Below, piece by piece: positions 49,605 through 62,134 of a DNA stretch of 64,000 bases. Numbering within the stretch: position 1 is the first letter of the stretch; every line of letters begins with the position of its first letter. Both the position numbers and the translations under genes were made by a program. This stretch comes from Paraphysomonas bandaiensis (Eukaryota; Protista; Chrysophyceae). The notes below the pieces were generated by a model. It saw nothing but the letters and a program-made list of their open reading frames with translations, was not told the DNA's origin and ran no database searches. The stretch spans positions 236,181 through 300,180 of the forward strand of contig CBFFRP010000338.1 in NCBI GenBank assembly GCA_965644295.1, given 5' to 3'.

Positions 49605-49695
49605 GCATGCAGTAGTAGCAGTTGACAAGAAAATCCTGTGAAGGTATATCATTCTAGACTCATTTCAGCTACCCCCTCACATCCCCTCATCTACT

Positions 49696-50460
49696 ATGTC
49701 AGATATATCCCGAATAAGTACTGTAATTACCACTGGATCAATCATGGGTGTGGTCCATGTTCTAGCAGGGGTTGATCACCTCAGTGCTCTTGCAACCCTC
49801 TCTGTGGGGTCATCATGGAGAGCTTTGAAACTAGGCATTCGTTGGGGTTTAGGTCACTCTGCTGGTCTTATTATAGTAACAATGATATTTATTATATTAA
49901 AAGGAGATGTCAATATGAATTTTGTGAAACAGTATTGTGATGGTCTTGTAGGGATATTCATGATTGCACTGGGTATTCATAGCATATTTAGCTCCATTAA
50001 AACATATTATCAAAATAGATATGCAGATAGTAAACGGGATGATAATTATATTGGTACAGAAGTTGAGGATGATATTGAAGAAAAGGAGCATACGAGTAGT
50101 TGTTTTGAGAGACTATCGAACACCAATATGCGAGACAGTCAAACACAGCGGCTGGTAGCATTTGGTATTGGAATAGTCCATGGAGTAGCAGGACCAGGTG
50201 GCATGCTTGGCGTAATACCAGCTGTTGAGATGACACATTGGTATGCATCTGTTCTTTATATGACCAGCTTTGTTCTGTCTTCAACGTTATCGATGGGTGC
50301 CTTTGCGGCAGCGTTTGGTGAGATCACGAAACGCATGGGTGCAAATTCTGGTGTAATGGAGTTGTTTTTAAATGTCTTCAGTGCTGCAGTGTCTGTTGTA
50401 GTGGGTGCGGTGTGGCTTATATTAGCCATGTCGGGAAAGTTAGATGAATTCTTTGAATAG
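49696..50460 (+). CDS. Nickel/cobalt permease-like protein (NiCoT/UreH family)
   Basis: GVVHVLAGVDHL (H-x4-DH signature), WGLGHS and GIVHGVAG; about six TM helices. Confidence 0.85.
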   Translation: MSDISRISTVITTGSIMGVVHVLAGVDHLSALATLSVGSSWRALKLGIRWGLGHSAGLIIVTMIFIILKGDVNMNFVKQYCDGLVGIFMIALGIHSIFSSIKTYYQNRYADSKRDDNYIGTEVEDDIEEKEHTSSCFERLSNTNMRDSQTQRLVAFGIGIVHGVAGPGGMLGVIPAVEMTHWYASVLYMTSFVLSSTLSMGAFAAAFGEITKRMGANSGVMELFLNVFSAAVSVVVGAVWLILAMSGKLDEFFE

Positions 50461-50745
50461 CAGTTTCGTAAATACGTTCTGTGTTAAATGGTTTGTGTAA
50501 ATGTAAATAACACTGCAGGAGGGTACAATATATTACAATTCTTAATGATATCGTATTCTTTTGAAATATATCACATCTCATTGCAATTTTAATAGAGAAT
50601 AGCGACTTTTACTGACATGTAACATATAGGACACTCTTTACATGACAACAAATAGAAGGCTAAAAATTTACGACTACACAATGTTGAATAATACAGAAAT
50701 CCACAAGAGAAGCATATAATATACAAAATTCATGATAGTTATTAG

Positions 50746-50892
50746 TGTCCCTTGTACCACACAAGCATTCGGTTAAGAGTTATGAGTGGACTGAAATTTA
50801 TCTTCTAACTATATTTGCGACTCGCGTTAGTTTCCCGGAGAAATAATTCGGTACTTATCTTCCAGAACACCACGAAAGGTGCGAATCTGACA
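50746..50892. repeat. 147-bp dispersed repeat with TGTC..GACA ends (solo-LTR-like), copy 1
   Basis: TGTCCCTTGTACCACACAAG...GAACACCACGAAAGGTGCGAATCTGACA; second copy at 55192-55332. Confidence 0.7.
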
Positions 50893-51325
50893 TAGTTGAA
50901 GGGCAGGGGAGGGGCAAGCCCTTTTTCCCACCCCTAGTTTTTTAATCCAGAACTACACCTCATTGCGTTATTAAGAACATAATTATGAAATCATATAGAT
51001 ATTGTAGTTTATAGTATAAGTCACTTGCTAATTCTTCACAAAAATCTCACTGTTTGCTGTACAAATTGTTGATTAAGTGTTGAATAGAAAATTTAAATTT
51101 TCAGTTTAAATATGACAGCTAACTCCTGCGAACTCTTTCACAAAACTACCATCATATTCCTAAAAATCTTTCAAATATTTACTGTTAACACACTGCAATG
51201 ATACATATTGTCAGATAACTTACGGAAACATCACTAGTTATATACTATTTCTAAACAAACTCACCTATAACAAGCTAAAAATAACAATAAAATAGTGATA
51301 TTTAGTTTTCGCCATATAAATGGTA

Positions 51326-52750
51326 TCAATAACTAAAAACATATACTGGTTGCGATGTTTCCATATCTTTGATCAATGGGTTACTTTGGTGTTCCTCTGA
51401 TGGCTGTGAGGAAGGCACCTCTGTGAAGCTAGTCACCTCAGTGCTTGCTGGGTGTGCTGACGACGGGGCCTGATCGTTCACACGACTACACAAAAGTATA
51501 CGGGATTGTAACGGCTTTTCAATATAATCAGTGGTGAGCCATCCCATAAGAAGGGCTAGTGGAAACACGATTATAATGGCCCAGGATGGGATGAACATAT
51601 CACTTATTTCATCCCCATAATGCCCATGTTGAATAACATAGATAAGTATCCCTAAGTAAACACTCACGATCATATGCATAACATAAAAGCTCATTGAAAT
51701 CCGACCCATAAACTGCAATGGCGCCGAGAGAAATACCCGTTCTACAATAGACAGGCTCGTCGCCTCTCCTACAGGTTTTGGGAGTGTAAGTGCCAGAATC
51801 CAATCAAAATATAGAACTGGAAGGACAGGTTCGGCTAAAATGCGAATGGCTAGAGCAGCAGTTTTGTAGTCGAGGCCAGACAGTATCGTACCAATTGACA
51901 CTATCAGGGCAAACACTCCCGCAGGGGAAACAGTGTCTCCTGGCGCAAAAAAAAATGGTGATGGGTGGGACGAAGTACGAGAAGTTCCGGGAAGCAAGTC
52001 TCCCTTGACTCTCATATACCCGAGGCAACAACCCATTACAAACACAGGTATTCGGTTGGGTGGAAATAGTCGCCACAAGAAATACGCTCCGAGAGGATTC
52101 TCTGAACCAATAGTAACCATTACGACGGCAAATACGAGCAACTGAAGCCAATACATTTTCCACGCCAAAGATCTGAAATCTTCCACCAAATGCATCTTCT
52201 GAAGTCGGGGTGCCAAACAAGGAAAACAGAGATAGAAAAACATCATGGTAGATATGGTCCATAGCACGCCATTATAAGGTGCCAAAAACACCCATGATGT
52301 GAGGAATGGAATAGAGAGAATACCAATTAATATAAACCCAACAATATGGAAAGTAGGGTAAACCCATAGTGGTATGGCAATAGCACTGGATATATAGTAC
52401 ATAGGTGCTAGACGTGAAAATCTTTTCATAAGAAATTTCTTCACAGGGAATGGTACACCTGACTCGACCTCATCACTATCACATGGCTGTGAAGGTGTAC
52501 AGCATTTCATTGAATCACAACAGAAACAACAACAATCACATATCATTCCCCCATTATTTGAATATTTCTTATGACCATATCCTAGTACCATAATAAATCC
52601 TGATATAATAAAGAAGAGACCCATAGAGGCACCCCCGATGAAATCTGTACCTGCTGTTGGGCCCCTAGAGAATAAGAAAAAATGTCCTGTTGCCACATGT
52701 AATGCAGCTAGTCCACGTAGGCCATCTACTGATTTTGTATCTACTCGCAT
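51326..52750 (-). CDS. Acyltransferase-3 (OafA-like) membrane O-acyltransferase
   Basis: Start MRVDTK at 52750; DGLRGLAA..H, FFIISGF, KRFSRLAPMY, LWTI, GRISMSFYVMH and IEKP. Confidence 0.92.
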   Translation of the reverse strand: MRVDTKSVDGLRGLAALHVATGHFFLFSRGPTAGTDFIGGASMGLFFIISGFIMVLGYGHKKYSNNGGMICDCCCFCCDSMKCCTPSQPCDSDEVESGVPFPVKKFLMKRFSRLAPMYYISSAIAIPLWVYPTFHIVGFILIGILSIPFLTSWVFLAPYNGVLWTISTMMFFYLCFPCLAPRLQKMHLVEDFRSLAWKMYWLQLLVFAVVMVTIGSENPLGAYFLWRLFPPNRIPVFVMGCCLGYMRVKGDLLPGTSRTSSHPSPFFFAPGDTVSPAGVFALIVSIGTILSGLDYKTAALAIRILAEPVLPVLYFDWILALTLPKPVGEATSLSIVERVFLSAPLQFMGRISMSFYVMHMIVSVYLGILIYVIQHGHYGDEISDMFIPSWAIIIVFPLALLMGWLTTDYIEKPLQSRILLCSRVNDQAPSSAHPASTEVTSFTEVPSSQPSEEHQSNPLIKDMETSQPVYVFSY

Positions 52751-52793
52751 GATGAGGTTGAGTGTTATGAGAGGAAAAGATATGAGACATAGC

Positions 52794-53099
52794 TGTATGT
52801 ATGTATGTATGTATGTATGTATGTATGTATGTATGTATGTATGTATGTATGTATGTATGTATGTATGTATGTATGTATGTATGTATGTATGTATGTATGT
52901 ATGTATGTATGTATGTATGTATGTATGTATGTATGTATGTATGTATGTATGTATGTATGTATGTATGTATGTATGTATGTATGTATGTATGTATGTATGT
53001 TTGTATGTATGTATGTATGTATGTATGTATGTATGTATGTATGTATGTATGTATGTATGTATGTATGTATGTATGTATGTATGTATGTATGTATGTATG

Positions 53100-53128
<29 letters not shown>
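52794..53128. repeat. (TATG)n array, about 335 bp
   Basis: Near-perfect array between two divergently transcribed genes. Confidence 0.99.
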
Positions 53129-53130
<2 letters not shown>

Positions 53131-53361
53131 GAATGTACATGTGCACAAACTGTAGTTGCGTGTAGTCAGGTACTGTACGCCGTGTCCAATATATGTACAT
53201 GAGGTCGTATGTACAGGAGGGTGACAGTGTACACATCGTTTGTGTGTATTCTCTATTGATGCCTGCAGTGAGACACAAGTGCACACTATATGCATATATC
53301 TTCTCTATGTACATTACACCCCCTCCCATATGCAACCCACTCTATAATCCCATCATAACAA

Positions 53362-54455
53362 ATGGGTTCCGGTGTATCTATGCCTAATAAACTGAATGAA
53401 GAGGATTTAAGAAACCTCTGTGGAGATGCTTATGAACCTGCTCTCTATACATCCCTACATAACAAAGATGGTCTAGTTGATCGTGATAATTTCATTGCTA
53501 TTACATCTAATGGTGAAGAATATGAATTATATACATTATATCGTTCATATGCTTTAAATGATGGACGAATGGACCAGCAGCACTTTACGGAAATATGTCG
53601 TGATACGAAACTATTATCCAAACATAGTTTTACAGTTACTGATTCATCAGAAACATTTAATGAACTTTCAAGTATTGAGTGTGAATTTGGTCCTTTAGCT
53701 AATTATGAGTCATTTCGTCATGAAATTCTACCTAAAATTGCTACAAAAAAAAGAATTAATATGGCCGATTTGGTGCATAAGTTAGCATGTGTAGATGCGG
53801 ATGAAACCAAAGCCATGTCTAATGATTACTGGCACCAAAGCAGTAAAGAAGAACATGATGCACGACTGATGCTACTTCTTGGAGATGATGAAGTAGAAAA
53901 CGAGAAAATTAGGAAGCAATGGAAAGCAGCTGTAATGTTACAACGGGTGGAAAGACAACGGATAGCTAAACGGAAGACAGCGTACTTGAAAGAGGTAATA
54001 ATACCATGTATGCTCTTTGGTACATGTGGTGACTTATATTGGATGTTTAGGTCTTTAAATGTCGTGAAAGCGAGCGTATGCCCATAGAAGTAGATGTGCC
54101 TGTTCAAACTAATGACGACCGTGAAGCGGCCCTCTGTCAACTATTTGCTCTTTATTGCAAACGAAATGAGATGCCGTCAAAGATGTTCGTAGATCTATGC
54201 AAGGATGCCCATGTAATAAGCCAAAAGTTCACAGTACTTGATGCTCGAATGGTTTTCGAGAAAACTAAAGCCATTGCGTCTTCAGATGCTGCGAAGGAAT
54301 ATAATGACGGTGTATTGTTTGATAAGCGTATCACTTATAAAGTGTTCAGAGAAGTGCTACTACCATGCTTGGCGAAATCATCAGCCAAGTCTCTTTCGGA
54401 ACTATTTGACGTTGTCGAGAATTGGAAAAAGTCTAAGTCCGAACTGCTTCTGTAG
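53362..54455 (+). CDS. Protein with two p25alpha (TPPP-like) domains, a central IQ-like motif and an N-myristoylation motif; 2 exons
   Basis: MGSGVS; MDQQHFTEICRDTKLL..FTVTD and MPSKMFVDLCKDA..FTVLD..RITYKVF; AAVMLQRVERQRIAKR; intron 53995-54050. Confidence 0.78.
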
Positions 54456-54859
54456 AATCTTGTTTTTAGCGCCGATATTAACTACAGCTATAAGTGTATA
54501 TATAGTATATAGCTTTTAGGTTTTTGTTTGCTATGTCAGTGGTATAGTCATGCTGTATATATGTGGAATAGGGACCTCTGATTCTCTAGTTGATATTCAA
54601 AATATGAAGGCCATACAAACATTTATATGACTAAAAATTACTAATTGAAGGGTGTTCTCATTAATCACGATTTCATTGATATTAACTTAAGTGAGTGTTT
54701 TAACTCTTTCCATTACGGACACTGTATATTTTGGATCACTTCGTATTTCAGTATACCCGAATAGAGAATATATATTTCTTCTACATTACAAGTTTTATAT
54801 GTGATGTCGCATAGTGGTGAATAGTCAGAACTATTGTAGCAAAACAATTTAACTAGCTA

Positions 54860-54938
54860 GTGCTTAACTCTGATATCCTACTCTTTGGCGCTACGAAAGC
54901 TGCTTGTGCGTCACCGCAAGCACCAAGGTTCAACTACT
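54860..54938 (-). repeat. Third, more diverged copy of the LINE-associated structured tail
   Basis: CCTACTCTTTGGCGCTACGAAAGCTGCTTGTGCGTCACCGCAAGCACCAAGG. Confidence 0.8.
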
Positions 54939-55191
54939 TTTGCTCTATTACTCAAAGCAAACGCAGTGAGCAAGCAGAATGTTGATATACCTGACATATG
55001 CTGACTTCTGACTTCTGACTTCAAGGTTTTTGAGTCCTTAAAGTGAACAAGTGAACTAGCCCAGATGCTTTACTTCAGCAGGCAGCCCAGTACCCCGGAT
55101 GCCCTTGTGGTGGGTCCATTTCCGGATACCTGTTTATTCGTCAAGGCCCGAAGACGTGTACACAAGTGACATTAATATATATACTCACTAT

Positions 55192-55332
55192 TGTCCCTTG
55201 TACCACACAAGAATTAGGCTATGAGTGGGCTGGAAATTATTTGCTGACTATATATGTGGCTCACGTTAGTTTACCAGAGAAATATATTCGGTACTTATCC
55301 CTCAGAACACCACGAAAGGTGCGAGTCTGACT
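55192..55332. repeat. Solo-LTR-like dispersed repeat, copy 2
   Basis: Aligns to 50746-50892. Confidence 0.7.
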
Positions 55333-56266
55333 TTGTTGTTCAGACACGTGGCACAGCTACCTTGTTATAAATCACGAAAGCCGAAATCCTTGTTGAGAAA
55401 CGCTCATTTTACACTAGATCACAGAGAGAATTTGTCGTAAGACTAGATAGATTTATTAGTATCGTTTACACGAAGTTGTGATAACCAACACTAACTCATT
55501 ATAATCCCTGCATAATATCCTACATATGCGAACCTCTCGTTACTGAACATATCTTGAAAGGTCAACCTATTTCAGTTTCTCAATATCATCACAGCATTTG
55601 TACATCACTATATTTCACTGTATTCTCGTACATTGTCTTCAAGTGACATACTGAATATACTAGAATAAGATCCATATTCTAATACTCCCACTCAATGTAG
55701 AATGCAGTGAGACAAAACAACAGTGATCACAATAATCTGATAATGCTATGACTATCTAGTCCCATAGGTAAAAACAGATGTGAAATCTTTTAAAGATACA
55801 TATATACCTAGCAGTCAACTAGATATACAGTTATGTGGGATTTTCACCCACTAAAACACACCTTTAACCTCTTCGGGGTCGTTTCTTCTGCTGCTCCTCC
55901 ACACTGTTAGACACACTCCTCTTAACCCCGGTAATCGTTTTCTCATGACGGCTGAAGATCTTCGTGGACAATGCCTTTGTAAAAATATCGGCCGCCATAT
56001 CATCCGTAGATACATGAATCAACTTTGCTGTAGGAAATTTGCCATTAACATGTTCTCTTATCCAGTGATACTTGATGTCAATATGCTTCGACCTCTTATG
56101 ATACACTGGATTCTCTGAAAGATCCTTTGCACTCTTACTATCCATAAAGAATGGAGTCGGCTTCGCTACCAAGAGTCCGAGCTCCTTGAACACCCCCCGA
56201 AGCCACACCAGTTCTTGCAAAGCCGCATACTCCGCCATATACTCAGATTCCATGCTCGAAGTCGCA

Positions 56267-56906
56267 TGTAACTTTTCTGTGCCCGCAGATGACTCACAAA
56301 CCGTGACTCAACTCTGAATGGACCAAGAAAAGATGATCTCTTGTCTAGACTCTAAAACCCACCAAAATAGTATCCGCCAGCGGGCTGCGATACTGTCCAG
56401 GGCGCAACGACGGGCGCACTGCCAGAAACACTAACAAACCGTAGGTGCTCTTTAAGAAAAGTAAATTATAAAGTCAGTGACAAGAATGAGCAAACACCCA
56501 TCTCGTTCAACGTAGGTCAACACTACACTACGATCAACACTTCACTCTCGAAAAACAATATTCACGTACTAAAACCAATATTCACATACGAAAACTTCGA
56601 CTATCTACGAAATCACGTATTTTGTACTAAAACTTCGAAGTTCTGGACTTCAGTCCAAATCGAATGTGAATCGCCATCAGAAACTGAAAAACGTATCTCA
56701 GCTACTAAACTAAAAACCTCGAATGTCGTAAACTGAAAAAGGTAAGTCCCAAATACAGTGAATATACCCTGTATATGACAACCTCTATATGCTTATGCAT
56801 ATCATATATATACCATATACTGCTCCAGATATATACGATATATACACACTATATACAGTACAGTATTCTATATACAAATACACGCAGTGTATACTGCTGC
56901 GTGACA
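56267..56906 (-). repeat. Gypsy 3' LTR
   Basis: Direct repeat of 62135-62774; one mismatch seen (56355 A vs 62223 C). Confidence 0.97.
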
Positions 56907-56963
56907 CTACCCTCTTTTTCCTTCCAACGGATAAGAGATTCCGGAAATTAGGAAAATTCAAAA

Positions 56964-59141
56964 TTAAGAGAGGATATTGGGAAATCTGGCACAGAAGGCG
57001 GAGTCTACCAGAACCATGGTGTCAGGGTTAAAATCTCGTGTAGTTCCATAGTTCTGGACATCATAGGCTGACCATTCAAAAGTAGAGTTAAAGAGAGAAC
57101 AATACACATCAATAGTGATCCTTTTGCGGCCCGCCCAACGCTTATAGACACATTGAACTACATAAAGAGTATCATATGCATTAGGTAATTCTAAAGCGTC
57201 ATAGAAGTCTGCACCCCACGCTCGAAGATTAACAAAGACAACGTCTCCAGGTATCACAGTGGATATAACACACTTCTTGAGTTTAGTCTTCTGTTGCACT
57301 GCTTCCTTTGCAGAAAAACGTAAGGGAAACAATTCAGGGACACTGAAAATATATTCATGAAAAGCTTCACTTGTCGCAAGATCAGTAGAATATGGCATCC
57401 ACAACAACGATTGATCGGAGAAGAGAACTCTGAAATCCATAGTAGTTCTTTTTTCGGGGTCCCCTCTATAAGCCACCACTTTGTCAAGAGAAAATTGCCT
57501 ATAGTCAATCATTGCTATGCGAAAAGCCTCCTCCTTGCTACCAAAGAATGGCTTCAACCAGGACATATGTAACGTTACATCAAACCGCATTACAAAATGA
57601 GTACAAATAACATCGGCCTTGTACGTGGATACTACTTCATACGGTCCTTTGAATCGAGGATATAATTTGGACGGCTTATGTTTCGTTACATCCAGTTTAA
57701 ACAAAACAAGCTGGCCTGGTTGATATTGAGTCATTTTCTCTGCTGGGGTTTTGGACATACGTTTATTCTGAATTTTCTTCTGAACTTCACACGCAATTTT
57801 CCTGATAGCTTTAAGGTTATCATTGAAATTGGAAATATAAGTCGAAGAAGCAAATTCATCTGAAGAACTGTCAGGGATATGAAAATACTTTGAATCCATT
57901 GTTCCAAACGTAAACTCAAAAGGTGAAAGACCCGTCTCACTTGAAATTTCATCGTTGAGAATGAATTGTATCAACAAATAGCATTCTGGGTCACTCCAAT
58001 TTTCTAATCTTTCGTCATGAACCAATGCACTAAGAAAACGCAATAATTCCCGATTACTTCGTTCCACCATGTTGGACTCATGTCTATTCACTAACGACAT
58101 TCTAAAGCGGACTCTAAACCATTTCAGGAGTAACTGAACAACCCTAGCTGTGATATTCGAACCTGGATCCGATACCATCACTTCAGAAATTCCATATGTG
58201 ACAAAGTAACTGAACAAAGCACGTGCCACTCCCTCTGCTGAGTAATTACGAGCTGGATATATTCCTACTAGGCGAGATGGTAATTGTTTCACCACATGAA
58301 TACAACAATAACCATTAGCATCTACCGGAGTAACAGTCAATGTATCGAAACCCACAAAATGTCTGCAATTATCAAGATTTAATGCTCTTATCGGTGCTTG
58401 CAACGATGTACTCATATCATAAACTAACTTTTGACAAATAGGACATCGATCAATAAAATCTTGGATAATTTCTGTTGTCAAGGTATGACCCGGAAATACC
58501 TTACTAAGTTTCAACCATGTTCTCTTAGCTCCGTGATGACCCATTCTACCATTGTGTACTAGATCAAAAGCTTCTTTTAGAGACTTTGGCTGTAAATTCT
58601 GACTAGCTAACTCATCCAAGGCTTTGACTAGTTCCTCTGGGAATTCTGAAACACAAGCAAGATCATCTGCCTCCGCTGACAACATACCACTCTCATCATA
58701 CATAAAAAGTTGGTCTTCCGACAACAGACTAGAATTCTCATACTCCACTCCTAGACACAATTCAATATCTGAACATGAATCTTGAAGACACAGATCTAAC
58801 AACATGACACAAGAAGCTGCTCTCTCCTGTCCCATTCTTGATAACCAATCCGCGAAACGATTTAGTTTACCTTTGAAATGTAACAAATCCATATCAAAGT
58901 TTTGCATGAACATTCTCATTCGAACTATTCGGTCAACTACTGAAATTTCCATCCACTTTAGATTTGCTTGATCCGTCATAATCGTAAAGTGTTTTCCTCT
59001 CAAGTAGTACGACAACTTAAAGATAGAATAGAATATACCAAAACATTCCTTGTCTATAGTTGACCATTTGAAAGCAAGATCTGAAAATTTTAGAAACCAT
59101 AGAAAGAAATCAAGTACATTCTCTTGTTGAGATATTGACAC
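56964..59141 (-). CDS. Gypsy pol remnant: partial RNase H, integrase (HHCC, DDE, GPY) and chromodomain
   Basis: WSTIDKEC, TDQANL, NRFADWLSR, HNGRMGH..CPIC, GFD, SDPG, VERSN, FKGPY and a chromo-like DKVVAYRG..FRVLF..W. Confidence 0.9.
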   Translation of the reverse strand: MSISQQENVLDFFLWFLKFSDLAFKWSTIDKECFGIFYSIFKLSYYLRGKHFTIMTDQANLKWMEISVVDRIVRMRMFMQNFDMDLLHFKGKLNRFADWLSRMGQERAASCVMLLDLCLQDSCSDIELCLGVEYENSSLLSEDQLFMYDESGMLSAEADDLACVSEFPEELVKALDELASQNLQPKSLKEAFDLVHNGRMGHHGAKRTWLKLSKVFPGHTLTTEIIQDFIDRCPICQKLVYDMSTSLQAPIRALNLDNCRHFVGFDTLTVTPVDANGYCCIHVVKQLPSRLVGIYPARNYSAEGVARALFSYFVTYGISEVMVSDPGSNITARVVQLLLKWFRVRFRMSLVNRHESNMVERSNRELLRFLSALVHDERLENWSDPECYLLIQFILNDEISSETGLSPFEFTFGTMDSKYFHIPDSSSDEFASSTYISNFNDNLKAIRKIACEVQKKIQNKRMSKTPAEKMTQYQPGQLVLFKLDVTKHKPSKLYPRFKGPYEVVSTYKADVICTHFVMRFDVTLHMSWLKPFFGSKEEAFRIAMIDYRQFSLDKVVAYRGDPEKRTTMDFRVLFSDQSLLWMPYSTDLATSEAFHEYIFSVPELFPLRFSAKEAVQQKTKLKKCVISTVIPGDVVFVNLRAWGADFYDALELPNAYDTLYVVQCVYKRWAGRKRITIDVYCSLFNSTFEWSAYDVQNYGTTRDFNPDTMVLVDSAFCARFPNILS

Positions 59142-60951
59142 ACAGGCTCAATACCCACATCATAGATAGCCTTTTTTGTCGACTGGAAATCTGTAGAACA
59201 CTTACATGGAAAAGGAAACCTGGAAATTATAAAAAAACATCAAGTTAACTGCAGAACTTCCATGTTGAATTTTGACTCATTGATTCCCACATAGTTACTC
59301 AGAACAATGTATAACAACCAGTTTTGATACACTCATAGAATCAATTTTCAACTCAGGAATACATAGCATCTGATAGTTCTCTGACATTAGAGTTCGAACA
59401 ACAGACTTTCTATCACATCGCTGACACAGGATCTCACTCATTACCCTGAACTGTTTGAGAAGTGACAACCTCGAAAGAATTTTACATTCCAAGAATATAA
59501 TATAATATCATCAAACTCAAACAACTTATTTTGAATCAAGGAATTCAAAATTGTAGGTACATTTCAAATACCATCACAATAGCACTCTGGAAGTTTAGAT
59601 ACCACCGAACAAAATATTCTCAGTAACCTTCTTGTACTCAACACTTCAAGTTTAAATGCAAAGAACCGTTGAAAAAACTAACAACATCTCTCTTGTCTTT
59701 TGAACAAAACATCACTTTCACTCGCATCACATTCTGAACCTCACAATATCACCACCATACTGACAAGCAATGTAATCGGAGATAACTCCTGATGAAGAAT
59801 AATGAATATCAAAAACACTCCCTCACAGAAGAATCTGCTCTCACTTGATTCAAAATTGCAATTGGCAATAGACATTCAAACTCTTTCAATACAATTGCAG
59901 CACAATACAAAACACATGTGCAACAACACTGTCCACAAAATGAACTATGTATATCATCGAACAATGTATCCAGCTTGGAAAACTTATAAACGATAATGTC
60001 ACGAGAAGATTCACGTAATTTGACAAGATGACTCCCATTTAATCTGTAACACGTTTGAAACATTTTCAACAAACTTCAGAAACTCCTCTTGCAACCATCA
60101 TTGAAATGAAATTAAACAGTATGACAGTACATCATTGGCCAACATACTATTGAACTCACTGACAGAATTTTCGCTCTTAACTCTCAGTCTAACTCAATAC
60201 AACTTTAGTACTTTGACACCTCACTTTGCAAAACACAAACTTCAACTCTCAAAACAAATCTGAACTTCAAACAATTGAACAACTCAATAGTAATGGACTC
60301 TCAAATCGAAAACATTAATCATATATATCTCATCGAAATTATTGAACAACAAATAAATCAAACTGAACCAGAAAAGAAACAATCGCTAATATTGAATAGC
60401 TCACTCTCGATTATACAATATATAGTATTATATATAAGTATCATCGGTATATAGTATAGGTAAAATGATATCACGTATGTCGAATCTGTACAATTTGAAA
60501 CACAGGCTCATTGAACTCTCCATTCCAGGAATACAAAGAAAACTCCACCGGCCTTGCTTCTACAATATCTTAATATATATGAACATAAAATATGATACAA
60601 ATTCACAACTGACTCTCGCATCCACATCGAACACATTCACATTGACGCCATGAAACATCACTCAATGATTTGAACACTGCACCCCATGTAGACACTCATC
60701 ACAACAAACTGAATTTGAACTGACAAAATATCGGACAAAATATTTACAATACAATACAATCTCTCCATCGCAAGCATTGCACAACGAATCCTCTGAGAAA
60801 GAAACTCATGAAGACATTCGTTACAATACAATACTATCTCACATCCAAACCGAAATGAAATGAATAGGCACACTGATGATAATGTAACTCCATTAGTAAT
60901 ACAACATCAACATCTGGTACAACCACATTTCATTATTCCAACAGGTTGAAC

Positions 60952-62034
60952 TTAGAATTGAAAAAGACACACCGATTTGGCAATAGGCGGTCCAGGACCA
61001 TGCTCATCGCACAACACAAGTTCTTTAAAACACACGCTTAGTTTCTCAACCATCATCTTACAGTAAAGAAAACTGACCACTTCAAGCTGACTCAATGACA
61101 ACACAACATGCTCTTCCATAATCCGTCCTAGCACTGCACAATAGCTTAATGGAATCAATGTACCGCTAGCAACCATGGCATTTGACATTGCTAATTGAAC
61201 GATTGAGACAACAGATGAATAACAGCCAATATCGTCCTTGACAGTAGGTTCCTCATGTGAAAGCTGATTCACTGAAACAACCGGTACAGAAGAACAACCA
61301 TTGAATTGCACAACAGGTCCATCGATCTGCTGCTCCTGATCAATCTTTGAGACAACATTGCCTATCATCTCCTCAACAAGTATCACAACATCTGACTCAA
61401 CATGCACGGGGCTAATGCACTGTTCCTTGACACACATAATAGGGCATTCCACGACTGAGTCCACGTTCTGAGGGGAATTTGAATCCTTATCACAAGAATC
61501 AGGAAACACTGAAAAACTATTCTCCACCTCAGCAGGTAATTCCCTAACATCAGAGACAACAATATCTTGCATTAACAAAGGCTCCACCTTGGCAGAATTG
61601 ATACTCTCAATATGAACATCCGAAGGCTGATTCACAACGCAAACAGCTTCCTTGACTTTTGAATCATCAAATGGAATTTGGGAAATTTCCTTTACAGGAA
61701 GAGGTGAAACTTTTTCTTTGGAAACAACTGAAGCTACTGGTGAAGTCCTCCGAGATCTTATCTCTTCGACTGCTGTAAGACGTTGAGTAATTTCCACTCG
61801 AAACTCATTGAAATTCTCCTCCTGCCTTAGCTGTTGCTGGTTAAGCTGATGCATGTCCTCCCGAAGCTGTTGATTCTGCTTCTTGGAACGCTCCTCCTGC
61901 TGCTGCAACTGCTGCTGAATATCGTCCCGAAGCTGCTGATTTTGCTGTTGAATCTCATCCCGAAGCTCGTCTCTTAGTTGCTGAAATTGTTGACTGAACA
62001 TGTTGACCATGTCTTGGAAGCCTTGAGGCTCCAT
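60952..62034 (-). CDS. Gag-position ORF with a Gln-rich coiled coil
   Basis: First ORF after the 5' LTR; repeated QQQNQQLRDD heptads; no zinc knuckle recognised. Confidence 0.55.
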   Translation of the reverse strand: MEPQGFQDMVNMFSQQFQQLRDELRDEIQQQNQQLRDDIQQQLQQQEERSKKQNQQLREDMHQLNQQQLRQEENFNEFRVEITQRLTAVEEIRSRRTSPVASVVSKEKVSPLPVKEISQIPFDDSKVKEAVCVVNQPSDVHIESINSAKVEPLLMQDIVVSDVRELPAEVENSFSVFPDSCDKDSNSPQNVDSVVECPIMCVKEQCISPVHVESDVVILVEEMIGNVVSKIDQEQQIDGPVVQFNGCSSVPVVSVNQLSHEEPTVKDDIGCYSSVVSIVQLAMSNAMVASGTLIPLSYCAVLGRIMEEHVVLSLSQLEVVSFLYCKMMVEKLSVCFKELVLCDEHGPGPPIAKSVCLFQF

Positions 62035-62134
62035 GGCTCAATCACACGAAAACTAAACACACTTTTATCTCTTTGGGCTCAATATATATTAACTTGGTAC
62101 AAATATACTGCTAAGCTAAGCTAAGTAATATTAC

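Noticed and set aside
41609-50460. Nitrogen/urea cluster (Rh channel plus nickel permease)
   Set aside because: No urease or accessory genes are present, and unrelated genes intervene.
56789-57031. Duplicated small ORF MLMHIIYIPY (also at 62657)
   Set aside because: Lies in the low-complexity part of the Gypsy LTRs.
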